A stretch of 32,000 nucleotides of DNA from Candidatus Brocadia sp. (GTDB lineage Bacteria; Planctomycetota; Brocadiia; Brocadiales; Brocadiaceae). The notes below the pieces were generated by a model, which saw nothing but the letters and a program-made list of their open reading frames with translations, did not search any database and was not told where the DNA came from. Made by a program: the position numbers and the translations under genes. Location: the NCBI GenBank assembly GCA_021650915.1, contig CP091279.1, positions 3,810,001 through 3,842,000 on the forward strand, given 5' to 3'. Below are positions 16,213 to 24,487 of the stretch, in pieces (the stretch's first letter is position 1; each line of letters opens with the position of its first letter).

Positions 16213-18474
16213 ATGTCAAAAGTGGGCAATAATACTTATAAAATTGCTTTGGTAGGAAATCCAAATGTCGGGAAAAGTGTTATATTTGGTTTGTTAACCG
16301 GAAAATACGTAACGGTATCGAACTATCCTGGGACAACGGTAGAGGTTACCCGTGGAGTTTGCAATGGCCTGGATGGAGGGATTGAAGTCGTAGATACGCC
16401 GGGGGCAAACAGTCTTATTCCTCTTTCTGAGGATGAGTGTGTTGCAAGGGATATGCTGCTGGAAGAGGATAACAAACACGTTGTTCAGGTAGTGGATGCA
16501 AAGAATCTTCGGCGTGGCCTTTTGATTACTACCCAGCTTGCAGAGATGGGGCTGCCTGTTGTGATCACATTGAATATGTGGGATGAACTTTTAGACAGAG
16601 GAATGAATGTTGATGTAAATGTATTGCAGGAAAAATTGAGTGTCCCTGTTATAAAAACCATTGCCACTCATCGGGTAGGGGTAAGTGCGTTATTCAGCTC
16701 TATACCAAATGCAAAAGTTCCTAATCTTCGTATTCATTACGGTGATCTGATCGAAGCAAGTATTTTAAAGATAGAGAAAATATTGCAGGGGAAAACAACA
16801 GTATATGGACGGGCATTGGCCATCATGCTTTTATCGGGCGATGAAGCCCTTGAAGAAAAATTACGACATAAACTCGCAGACGGCTCGCTTGCAGAAATTC
16901 AACGCATACGAGATGAAACCCAAGGCCATTTAAGCAGTCCGTTGAGTTACGTGATCAACATCAAACGGGCGAATTTTGTAGATTCATTGGTTGGCAAAGT
17001 AACGCTTACCTTCAAGAAAGAAAAAGAAACGCATCCGGTTTTACGGAAAACATTTTTTTATTTTCTTGTGCCATTGGCCTCTTTTTTCATGGGATATAAG
17101 CTTTCGGCATTAGTGATGTACCTCATTGTATCCCAATTTTCTTCCGGCAGTATTTTGCCTCTTATTGTTTCTCTTACCATTGGCGGTATATCAGCTCTAT
17201 CGTTCTCACGGTACCTTTATTTGAGAGAATACCGGGCAAAGAGTACCATTGCTGAGGTATTGGGGCGTATAACCATGCATCCGGTGGCGGCCTTTCCCCT
17301 TTTGCTTATTATTTTGTGGATTATTTATAAGTTGGTGGGAGAATTTGGGGCGGGGACTTGTGTGGATTTCTTTGAAGAAAAAATCTTTGGACGATCCTTA
17401 ATACCTTCAGGTGGCTTTGATTTAAGCATTTATATTCCGTTTATTCAGAAGACCTATGTTGTCACCCATGTGAATTTCCAGGGGTTCAATTATTATTTTG
17501 GTTTGCTTGCGCAAAAAATGATGAATAAAGATAATATAGTTTTTGAGTTGTTTTTGAACGAGCAGTCCGGGCTGGTGCAAGTGGGGCTTACCTATGCAAT
17601 TGCGATCGTTTTTCCGATTGTGGGTTTTTTCTTTCTGGCATTTGGCATTATGGAGGATAGTGGGTATCTTCCGCGTCTTGCTGTTATGGTGGACAAGGTC
17701 TTCAAGCGCATTGGTCTGAATGGAAAGGCTGTCCTTCCGATGGTGCTGGGTTTGGGTTGTGATACCATGGCGACCCTGACAACCCGCATCCTGAATACAA
17801 GAAAAGAGAGGATTATTGCTACCTTACTGTTGGCATTGGCTATCCCGTGCTCTGCGCAATTGGGTGTTATTTCAAGCGTACTGGGTAGGGTTTCGGGAAT
17901 CTATTTTGCCCTATACGTTTTTGTTATTTGTACCCAGCTTCTTTTTGTTGGCTATTTATCGTCCAAGGTGTTGCCAGGGGCTCCTTCGGATTTTTTGATG
18001 GAGATACCGCCGTTTCGTATGCCGAAGCTGTCGAATATTTTCATCAAGACCGTATATAGAATCCATTGGTTTTTAAAAGAGGCAGTGCCATTATTTATGC
18101 TGGGCACTCTTGCATTATTTGTGGCAACAAAGCTAGGGGTGCTCTCTTTTGTCGAGAGGATGGGTGCGCCAATCACCCGTAATTTCTTAGGATTACCGGC
18201 AGAAACCACCCATGGGTTTATTTTGGGATTCTTGAGAAGGGATTATGGCGCCGTAAGTATCTTTAAGACCTTAGAAGAAAAAGGAGGACGCGCGGGGATC
18301 GATCCCAAACAGTTGTTGGTCTCGCTTGTCGTGATTACCTTGTTTATACCGTGTTTTGCCAATTTTCTTGTGATGATCAAAGAGCAAGGGACAAAAAATG
18401 CATTCCTCATGTTTGCTTTTATATTTCCCTATTCGATCCTTATTGGCGGTATTTTAAGGGTCATTTTACCGTGA
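16213..18474 (+). CDS. feoB: Ferrous iron transporter FeoB
   Basis: N-terminal G domain: IALVGNPNVGKSVIFGLLTG, NYPGTTVE, DTPG, NMWD. This is followed by a polytopic membrane domain. Confidence 0.92.
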   Translation: MSKVGNNTYKIALVGNPNVGKSVIFGLLTGKYVTVSNYPGTTVEVTRGVCNGLDGGIEVVDTPGANSLIPLSEDECVARDMLLEEDNKHVVQVVDAKNLRRGLLITTQLAEMGLPVVITLNMWDELLDRGMNVDVNVLQEKLSVPVIKTIATHRVGVSALFSSIPNAKVPNLRIHYGDLIEASILKIEKILQGKTTVYGRALAIMLLSGDEALEEKLRHKLADGSLAEIQRIRDETQGHLSSPLSYVINIKRANFVDSLVGKVTLTFKKEKETHPVLRKTFFYFLVPLASFFMGYKLSALVMYLIVSQFSSGSILPLIVSLTIGGISALSFSRYLYLREYRAKSTIAEVLGRITMHPVAAFPLLLIILWIIYKLVGEFGAGTCVDFFEEKIFGRSLIPSGGFDLSIYIPFIQKTYVVTHVNFQGFNYYFGLLAQKMMNKDNIVFELFLNEQSGLVQVGLTYAIAIVFPIVGFFFLAFGIMEDSGYLPRLAVMVDKVFKRIGLNGKAVLPMVLGLGCDTMATLTTRILNTRKERIIATLLLALAIPCSAQLGVISSVLGRVSGIYFALYVFVICTQLLFVGYLSSKVLPGAPSDFLMEIPPFRMPKLSNIFIKTVYRIHWFLKEAVPLFMLGTLALFVATKLGVLSFVERMGAPITRNFLGLPAETTHGFILGFLRRDYGAVSIFKTLEEKGGRAGIDPKQLLVSLVVITLFIPCFANFLVMIKEQGTKNAFLMFAFIFPYSILIGGILRVILP

Positions 18475-18483
18475 TGTTCATGA

Positions 18484-18897
18484 ATGCAGATGCGAGGGAA
18501 AATTATATCCATTTCTTATGACGTTGCAGAAGTGTGTATTATCAGAGAAAAAACGGCATGTGAAAATTGCGCTGCCTGTTCGAACAAGATAGGTGTCCAT
18601 GATATGATAAAAGTGGCTGCAATACAGGGGCTTCAGGTTGGACAGGAGGTTTTATTGCGTGAAACCAGGAATTGGTTTACAAAAAATAAAATCGTGTTTG
18701 CGCTGCTTGCCTTCGTGTTTGGAATGATAGTAACCGAGGCAATGTCGACGATCGTATCATTCGGCATTTATCGCACAGAGATTGATTTGCTTGTTGGTGG
18801 CTTGATGACAATAATAATGGTGATGGTATTGTGGATCAAGCGTCCACGATATTTTTTTACGATAGAGTTGACAGAAAGGGGAAAGGATTCGCTATGA
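18484..18897 (+). CDS. RseC/MucC-family-like small membrane protein (Cys-rich N-domain plus 2 TM helices)
   Basis: The N-terminus GKIISISYDVAEVCIIREKTACENCAACS is followed by two hydrophobic helices, matching the RseC/MucC (SoxR-reducing-system) architecture by eye. Confidence 0.55.
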   Translation: MQMRGKIISISYDVAEVCIIREKTACENCAACSNKIGVHDMIKVAAIQGLQVGQEVLLRETRNWFTKNKIVFALLAFVFGMIVTEAMSTIVSFGIYRTEIDLLVGGLMTIIMVMVLWIKRPRYFFTIELTERGKDSL

Positions 18898-19544
18898 CCG
18901 AGCCTTGTCAAGAGGAAATTCTGGAGTTAATATGGACCATAGATGAAGAGATCGGAAAGGTCGAAAGAGATTCATTAATAAAAAAGATAAACCTTCCTTC
19001 AGCAGAACAGCTATTAAATACTCTGATTCACGAAAACTATGTGACCATATCAGATAGTAAGGTAGCGCTTACCAAGAAAGGCCTGGCTGATGCGCGACTC
19101 GTCATCAGAAGACACCGTCTTGCTGAAAGACTGTTAAACGACGTTTTAGATGTAAAAGAAGATGCCATGGATTCCAGTGCATGCAAGTTTGAACATATTC
19201 TGGATGAGGAAGTCACAACGAGTATATGCACTTTATTAGGACATCCGGTAAGTTGTCCTCACGGGAAAGCAATTCCGCCCGGGGAATGTTGTGCGAAAGC
19301 GAACAAAGAGATACGGCCAATTGTAATGCCTTTATCAGATTTAAAATCCGGGGATGAGGCAAAGATAGCTTATATAGTAACAAAATTTCATGGCCGACTT
19401 GACAGGCTCTCCTCTATGGGCTTATTACCTGGCGTCCAAATCCATCTACACCAGCGGCAACCGACTTATGTTATTCAAATGGGCGAGACGCAAATTGCCC
19501 TTGATACTGCCATTGCACGGGATATTTATGTGCGTCTTGTATAA
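18894..19544 (+). CDS. DtxR-family metal-dependent transcriptional regulator with C-terminal FeoA/SH3-like domain
   Basis: ATG 18894 overlaps the upstream TGA (ATGA), indicating translational coupling. RRHRLAERLLNDVL and FEHILDEEV...LGHPVSCPHG are DtxR/IdeR-type. The C-terminal LKSGDEAKIAYI...MGLLPGVQIHL is FeoA-like. Confidence 0.85.
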   Translation: MTEPCQEEILELIWTIDEEIGKVERDSLIKKINLPSAEQLLNTLIHENYVTISDSKVALTKKGLADARLVIRRHRLAERLLNDVLDVKEDAMDSSACKFEHILDEEVTTSICTLLGHPVSCPHGKAIPPGECCAKANKEIRPIVMPLSDLKSGDEAKIAYIVTKFHGRLDRLSSMGLLPGVQIHLHQRQPTYVIQMGETQIALDTAIARDIYVRLV

Positions 19545-19902
19545 TCTTCAGAAAAAATCGTTTTGTTGTTGTGTCCTTTTTATGTAAACAAGCAAAACAT
19601 GTCTGTCAAAAAACCTCTTCTTTCAGATAACTCTCCCCAAATCTGCCTGTTTTAAACTGATTTTTCAGCAGTAAAGGCTTGTCGAATATTCCTACAACGG
19701 TACAAAAAATATACGTACTATATTCCCCTCCACTTATAGGTTAAACGAGGGTGTATGAACTAATTCTTTCATAAATTCATATGAAGAATGCCTTCTGCAA
19801 CAACGTAAATTATTAGGGTATATTATTTGCTTTCCTTAGTAACGAACCAGAAGCGGAAAATACATGGACATAAATTTATAAGTCAGAAGGAGCTTTACGA
19901 TT

Positions 19903-20703
19903 ATGGATCCTGGTGTACTCATTGGAATGATAATTGGTGGTGCATTAATCTTGGTATCTATCATATTTGAAGGCGGTGCTTCGGCAATACCGGGGTATAT
20001 AAATATGCCGGCGATGATGATTACTATTGGAGGCACACTGGCGGCAACCCTTATCAGATATCCAATTCCTATGGTCATTGGTGCAATCGCCGTGGTAAAA
20101 AAGACGATATTCGTAAAGATTGGGGTGGCTGAGGAAACGATCAAACAGTTGGTTGAGTATTGCAAGATTAGCCGTCGTGAAGGCCTTTTAGGGCTGGAGA
20201 AAGAAATAGAGAAGATTAAAGACGAGTTTTTGATCAAGGCGATACGGTTATTAGTTGACGGCTCTGACTCGGATACTCTCAGGAGTATCCTGGGGACAGA
20301 AATTGATAATGTTCGACAAAGACATACGGCTGGTAAGGGGATTGTTGAATTTGCAGGCACGATATTTCCTGCTTTTGGTATGATTGGAACGGTATTGGGG
20401 CTCATTGCAATGATGAGGAAACTCGATGATCCATCGCATATCGGGGAAGCTATGGCCGTGGCCTTTATCGCCACATTTTATGGCGTTACTTTTTCAAATC
20501 TTGTCTTACTTCCGCTTGGCGGCAGGTTGGATACCTTAAGCAAGAAGGAGCTTTTCCTGAAAGAAATCGTTGTGGAAGGTGTCATCTCCATTCAGAAAGG
20601 AGATTCTCCCATGATAACAGAGGACAAACTGAAATCCTTCCTGGAGCCAAAGGCCGCGGGCAAATTATCCGCGGGTTCCAAAGAAAAGGAAAAACCACAA
20701 TGA
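19903..20703 (+). CDS. motA: MotA/PomA-type stator proton-channel protein
   Basis: 266 aa with four TM segments, a cytoplasmic loop, and the C-terminal pattern FPAFGMIGTVLGLI...AVAFIATFYGVTFSNLVLLP typical of MotA/TolQ/ExbB. SD AAGGAG precedes the start. Confidence 0.85.
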   Translation: MDPGVLIGMIIGGALILVSIIFEGGASAIPGYINMPAMMITIGGTLAATLIRYPIPMVIGAIAVVKKTIFVKIGVAEETIKQLVEYCKISRREGLLGLEKEIEKIKDEFLIKAIRLLVDGSDSDTLRSILGTEIDNVRQRHTAGKGIVEFAGTIFPAFGMIGTVLGLIAMMRKLDDPSHIGEAMAVAFIATFYGVTFSNLVLLPLGGRLDTLSKKELFLKEIVVEGVISIQKGDSPMITEDKLKSFLEPKAAGKLSAGSKEKEKPQ

Positions 20704-21476
20704 GTGATGAAGGCGGTTCTTCCGGGGGACACGGTGGTCCGGTATGGCTCCTTACCTACTGTGATTTAATTACGTTACTGGTAGCTTTTTTTGTAATGAT
20801 GATCAGTTTTTCTACGATCAATGTGGATAAATACAAAGAGGATATTCCGAAGATTGAGGAATCTTTTGATTCAGAGCGCTGGTCTGAACGCTTCACGGGT
20901 GTTTTCGAAGAAGGTTTACAGACAAAGGGTGAAGGGTATTCCGGTGGCAAGACAGGCGAATCTTTATTGACGGGTGGTAAAAAGCCATTAGAAACCTTTT
21001 TTGAAAAAGAGCTGGAAGAGGAGAGAAGATTCGAGGAAGAGGATCAGCATGAAGAAAATTTCGTTGACCCAGAGGAGATGTATAATTTCCTATCAGGCTT
21101 TACAAAAAGAGGTGGATTGGCAAAAGGTATTGATATCGAAGATGTAAAGATAGGGTGTAGGATAAAAATACCTACAGACTTGTGTTTCAAAAAAGGTGAG
21201 TCTGCGTTAACAGGTCAGGCGTATGATATTTTTGATGTCTTAGGCACTGCGTTAAGAACGATGCGGGGCAAAATTGTAGTTGCTACTAATGCGGGAAAGG
21301 CTCTGCAACAAGGCAGGGAGTTTTTATCAGATGTATCAGTGGATAGGGCGGCCAATATTTGTGATCTTTTGGCAATGAGGGAAAATATAGAGCCGAAAAG
21401 GATTGCAATATCCAGACACTATAGCGCAGATACAGCGGAAGAAAATATGATCGCAATTGTGATATTTAAAAAATAA
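20700..21476 (+). CDS. motB: MotB-like stator protein (conserved TM Asp present; divergent OmpA-like C-domain)
   Basis: ATGA overlap with the motA stop. WLLTYCDLITLLVAFFVMM aligns to the MotB YADxMTxLMAFF motif, with Asp at 20763-20765. In the C-terminal domain the usual GHTD-type motif reads ATNAG, while S-x-DRA is retained. Confidence 0.75.
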   Translation: MSDEGGSSGGHGGPVWLLTYCDLITLLVAFFVMMISFSTINVDKYKEDIPKIEESFDSERWSERFTGVFEEGLQTKGEGYSGGKTGESLLTGGKKPLETFFEKELEEERRFEEEDQHEENFVDPEEMYNFLSGFTKRGGLAKGIDIEDVKIGCRIKIPTDLCFKKGESALTGQAYDIFDVLGTALRTMRGKIVVATNAGKALQQGREFLSDVSVDRAANICDLLAMRENIEPKRIAISRHYSADTAEENMIAIVIFKK

Positions 21477-21509
21477 ATTTAATCATTCCTTGTAGCTTCT
21501 TCAAGAAAA

Positions 21510-22208
21510 ATGTCTTCAAATCCTCATTATGCGCATCACAAAAAGAAAAAATTGCCTGCTTCTGGTACGCCTGATTTATTTTGGACCTCTTATGGTTCGG
21601 TAATAACGATATTATTGGCCTTTTTTATCATATTTCAAGTCAACTTTACTGAGGAAAAGAAAAAAGAATTTATTGAGGAGTTTAAAAAATCAGTAAGAAG
21701 AAGCAATATAACCTTTGGTATGGGGGGAATATTGCCTGGGTGGAATGCAGGCTCAGTAGAAGGCATCCATAAGATGAAGTATATTTATCCCGATAGGAAA
21801 AACGAGGCGCCTGAGAGTGGCGACAAAGGAATTGATCTCTTTGACAAAGAAGAGGAACAAATACCGGCGGCAGTAGTTATTGAATTTAATGAAAATGACG
21901 CCACATTATCTATTGACGGAAAACAATCTTTAAATACGTTAATCAATTTAGTTGGAGGCCGGCCGTGTTCTCTCGTCATCGAGGGGCATGCGAGGAAAAA
22001 TTTTGTCCCATCAAGAGAATACGCTACCTGCTGGAAACTTTCCCTGGCTCGTGCAGAAGCAGTTGCCAAATATCTTCGTGATAAAGGAAATATTTCTTCG
22101 AAGAGGCTGATTACTATTGGATACGGAAATAACAAACCTCTGATGAAAGACATGAGGAGTGACTACTATAACGATAGAGTATCCATTATCATAAGTATCG
22201 TGAAATAG
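21510..22208 (+). CDS. MotB/OmpA-family paralogue (TM Asp replaced by Ser; canonical OmpA-like peptidoglycan-binding domain)
   Basis: FWTSYGSVITILLAFFIIF has Ser (21597-21599) at the MotB Asp position. The C-terminal region IEGHA...WKLSLARAEAVAKYLRDKG...RLITIGYGNNKP is a good OmpA/MotB domain. Confidence 0.75.
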   Translation: MSSNPHYAHHKKKKLPASGTPDLFWTSYGSVITILLAFFIIFQVNFTEEKKKEFIEEFKKSVRRSNITFGMGGILPGWNAGSVEGIHKMKYIYPDRKNEAPESGDKGIDLFDKEEEQIPAAVVIEFNENDATLSIDGKQSLNTLINLVGGRPCSLVIEGHARKNFVPSREYATCWKLSLARAEAVAKYLRDKGNISSKRLITIGYGNNKPLMKDMRSDYYNDRVSIIISIVK

Positions 22209-22243
22209 AGTGTAGTTTATTTTTGCCAGTTTTTTCTTTTGGC

Positions 22244-22272
22244 TTGACAACCCTAAACGGGTGTGATATTAA
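22244..22272 (+). promoter_or_regulatory. Candidate sigma-70 promoter (extended -10) for the L,D-transpeptidase gene
   Basis: TTGACA (22244-22249), a 17-nt spacer ending in TGa, then TATTAA (22267-22272). The ATG lies only 10 nt downstream. Confidence 0.45.
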
Positions 22273-22281
22273 TTCCTCTAC

Positions 22282-23274
22282 ATGAAAAAAATGAGAAATT
22301 TATTACGAAAGGTCTTTAGGGCAGGTGTTTTTCCTATGATGGGTGTTGTGTGCATGATCAACACAAGCACCCATGCCGGATATTATGATGACAGGGTATT
22401 TACCGCTCAAAACCAGGAAATGCCTCTTTCGCTTATAAAACAAGAGGACGATGTTGTTATTTATAAGAAAGATATTATTGTTCGTTCGGACGAGCTTAGG
22501 GCTGTTCAGAAAAAAGATGCCGAAGAGTTTAAGGCAATAGAAAAAGTAGCATCAAAAAGAGCGGACATACCATCCTTGGCTATGGTCGATAAATATTTAA
22601 AAGACGGGAAAAAATACGAAGCAAGAAATCTACTGTCGGATTTATTTATTCACGGAACCATACCGGAAAAACAAAAAGAGATAAAAGATCAACTGGATAA
22701 GTTAAATGAAGAAATCATCTTTTCACCGGCACCCTACCCTGATGCGGTCATGTATACCGTACAACCCGGTGATGCACTGGCGCGTATTGCAAAAAGGTTT
22801 AACACGAACTATGAATTAATCATGAAAACTAATGGTAAGGCTTCCAACCGGTTAAGCATTGGTGACCAGCTAAAAATATTAACAGGAAAGACAAAGATAC
22901 TCATTAGTAAGCGGGATTTTACTCTGGTATTATTGTTAAATGATAAGTATGTAAAGCAATATCGCATAGCAACAGGGAGAAACAATAAGACACCGATTGG
23001 TATGTTTGAAGTGAAAAATAAAATGAAAGAGCCTGTGTGGTATTCACCGGACGGAGGGGTATTTCCTTATGGACATCAGGAGAATATCCTTGGCACCCGG
23101 TGGATAGGTTTCAAGGACAAACCAAATCTGCATGGATACGGAATCCATGGTACAACGCAACCAGAAACAATAGGAACGGAGTCGTCGAACGGTTGTATCC
23201 GGATGTTGAATCGTGATGTAGAGGAGCTTTATGACTTTGTAACATCGGATACGGAAATTGTTATTCAGGAATAA
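22282..23274 (+). CDS. LysM domain-containing L,D-transpeptidase (YkuD family)
   Basis: LysM: YTVQPGDALARIAKRFNTNYELIMKTN...LSIGDQLKIL. YkuD catalytic motif: GIHGTTQPETIGTESSNGCIRM. Confidence 0.88.
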   Translation: MKKMRNLLRKVFRAGVFPMMGVVCMINTSTHAGYYDDRVFTAQNQEMPLSLIKQEDDVVIYKKDIIVRSDELRAVQKKDAEEFKAIEKVASKRADIPSLAMVDKYLKDGKKYEARNLLSDLFIHGTIPEKQKEIKDQLDKLNEEIIFSPAPYPDAVMYTVQPGDALARIAKRFNTNYELIMKTNGKASNRLSIGDQLKILTGKTKILISKRDFTLVLLLNDKYVKQYRIATGRNNKTPIGMFEVKNKMKEPVWYSPDGGVFPYGHQENILGTRWIGFKDKPNLHGYGIHGTTQPETIGTESSNGCIRMLNRDVEELYDFVTSDTEIVIQE

Positions 23275-23438
23275 TCATGGTGTATGTATCGAAATGAGCC
23301 TCTGGAAAAGTATATAGAAGGCGCTGCAAGGGGGACGGAGGCTCCGGGCGGCTCTTAAAAACCAGGAATTAATGAGAAAAGCATAGGGCGAACGATACTC
23401 AAGATGTTCATAAAATGTGAATTTTAAATTGATAATAA

Positions 23439-23512
23439 GGTGGCATGGACAAACTCTGTTTGTCCGTGTTGAACTACTACAAATCACAAATTGTGAGCCT
23501 GTGGAGTATAAG
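23439..23512 (+). repeat. Hairpin repeat copy B (23439-23475) plus IS-end-like box (23481-23512)
   Basis: The core is identical to copy A, and flanking similarity to copy A runs from about 23415. The box matches 6529-6560. Confidence 0.85.
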
Positions 23513-23587
23513 TTACGCCAAAAAAATAGCAACGGTGTTTTACGAAGAGACAAAAGAACGTATCCAAAAAAAGATGGAGAGGTTAAC

Positions 23588-24106
23588 ATGGAATGGGAAA
23601 TAAAGGGGGGATCAAGCGGATGCCTCCTTTGCAAAAAAACGCTATCCGAGGGGGAAGAGTATTATTCCGCCCTTTTTGATGACAATAAAATGTTTATTCG
23701 GAAAGATTTTTGTGTTTTATGCTGGAATTCCGGTAAAGAGGGAAGGGGGTTTTCGTTTTGGAAGACAAAGGTTCCAAAAAAGGATAAATCCGTTCAAACG
23801 ATGGTAAATATTGAAGTCCTTTTAGATATGTTTATGAAGCTCGAAGGAGCCGACGAGAACCACCAGAGAAGTCTCCGATACGTACTTGCACTCTATCTTA
23901 TCAGAAAAAAAGTGTTTAAGTTAAAATCTCTGAAAAGACAAAATGGAGAGGAAGCCATTGTCCTCTCCTATCCCAGAGAAGAACGGGAATTCGATGTTTT
24001 AAATCCACATTTAAAGGAAGAAGAGATTGAATCGCTCACTGCGGAGATGGGTCAACTTCTGAACTATTCATGCCTGGATCACGAAGTTATGATGACTGCA
24101 AATTAG
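23588..24106 (+). CDS. Hypothetical protein with N-terminal CxxC...CxxC zinc-ribbon-like motif
   Basis: SD GGAGAGG precedes ATG 23588. Motif CLLCKK...(26 aa)...CVLCW. The track start at 23417 was rejected because it reads through the intergenic repeat. Confidence 0.6.
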   Translation: MEWEIKGGSSGCLLCKKTLSEGEEYYSALFDDNKMFIRKDFCVLCWNSGKEGRGFSFWKTKVPKKDKSVQTMVNIEVLLDMFMKLEGADENHQRSLRYVLALYLIRKKVFKLKSLKRQNGEEAIVLSYPREEREFDVLNPHLKEEEIESLTAEMGQLLNYSCLDHEVMMTAN

Positions 24107-24217
24107 GTAGCGTCCTCTCTGTTCCATGTCTACCTGTTCATAAAAACCAACATCCATTCCTCTCTCTTAGCGGCTTGCGGATATGTTCCTGCGCTATTAC
24201 CAGTCCGTTTCATTTCG

Positions 24218-24487
24218 TTATTGTGAAACAGCAGTTGCAGTACTTTCTTTCACATTGAAGCTACATGTTTCACAATCTACAGCAATTCCCCGGTTCTTCT
24301 TTGTCTTTAATGCTGAACGAAGTTTTGATATCTGGCTGGGGTCACTATTGTTTTCCCTTTGCAAGGTTAATAATTTAACGCGTATTTTTCTGGTCTGCCT
24401 GATGCTGGGGCACTTTGTTTTGATCATTCCCACCGGACAGATGCTTACAATTTTCTTTTTGTTTATCTTCTTTTTAAAGTTTATCAT
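24218..24487 (-). CDS. Possible small basic Cys-containing protein (89 aa) translationally coupled to rnc
   Basis: Its ATG shares one base with the rnc stop (TAATG at 24485-24489, minus strand). The N-terminus is Lys-rich, and it has four Cys (CPVG...C...CETC). No homology was recognised, and a plus-strand ORF overlaps the same region. Confidence 0.3.
   Translation of the reverse strand: MINFKKKINKKKIVSICPVGMIKTKCPSIRQTRKIRVKLLTLQRENNSDPSQISKLRSALKTKKNRGIAVDCETCSFNVKESTATAVSQ

Noticed and set aside
19545-19902. Sigma-28 (FliA) promoter upstream of motA, and the palindrome ATTCTTTCAT...ATGAAGAAT (19763-19789)
   Set aside because: No TAAA-N15-GCCGATAA-like match was found. The palindrome is short, AT-rich and unsupported by a second copy, so it is noted only.
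19836-20474. 212-aa minus-strand ORF
   Set aside because: It is an antisense shadow of motA, hydrophobic and low-complexity because it mirrors TM-helix codons. The same reasoning applies to 1841-2404(+), 3721-4254(-), 8697-9065(-), 11211-11853(-), 14589-15104(-), 21785-22153(-), 27129-27596(-) and 30420-30837(-).
19903-22208. MotA/MotB pair as a Zorya-type (ZorAB) anti-phage system
   Set aside because: This MotA is a short (266 aa) canonical stator subunit without the long ZorA tail. No ZorC/D/E-like genes (helicase or nuclease) are adjacent.
23275-23634. 119-aa minus-strand ORF and the long 23417 start of the plus-strand ORF
   Set aside because: Both read through the intergenic hairpin repeat and IS-end-like box. 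The plus-strand gene has a good SD and ATG at 23588.
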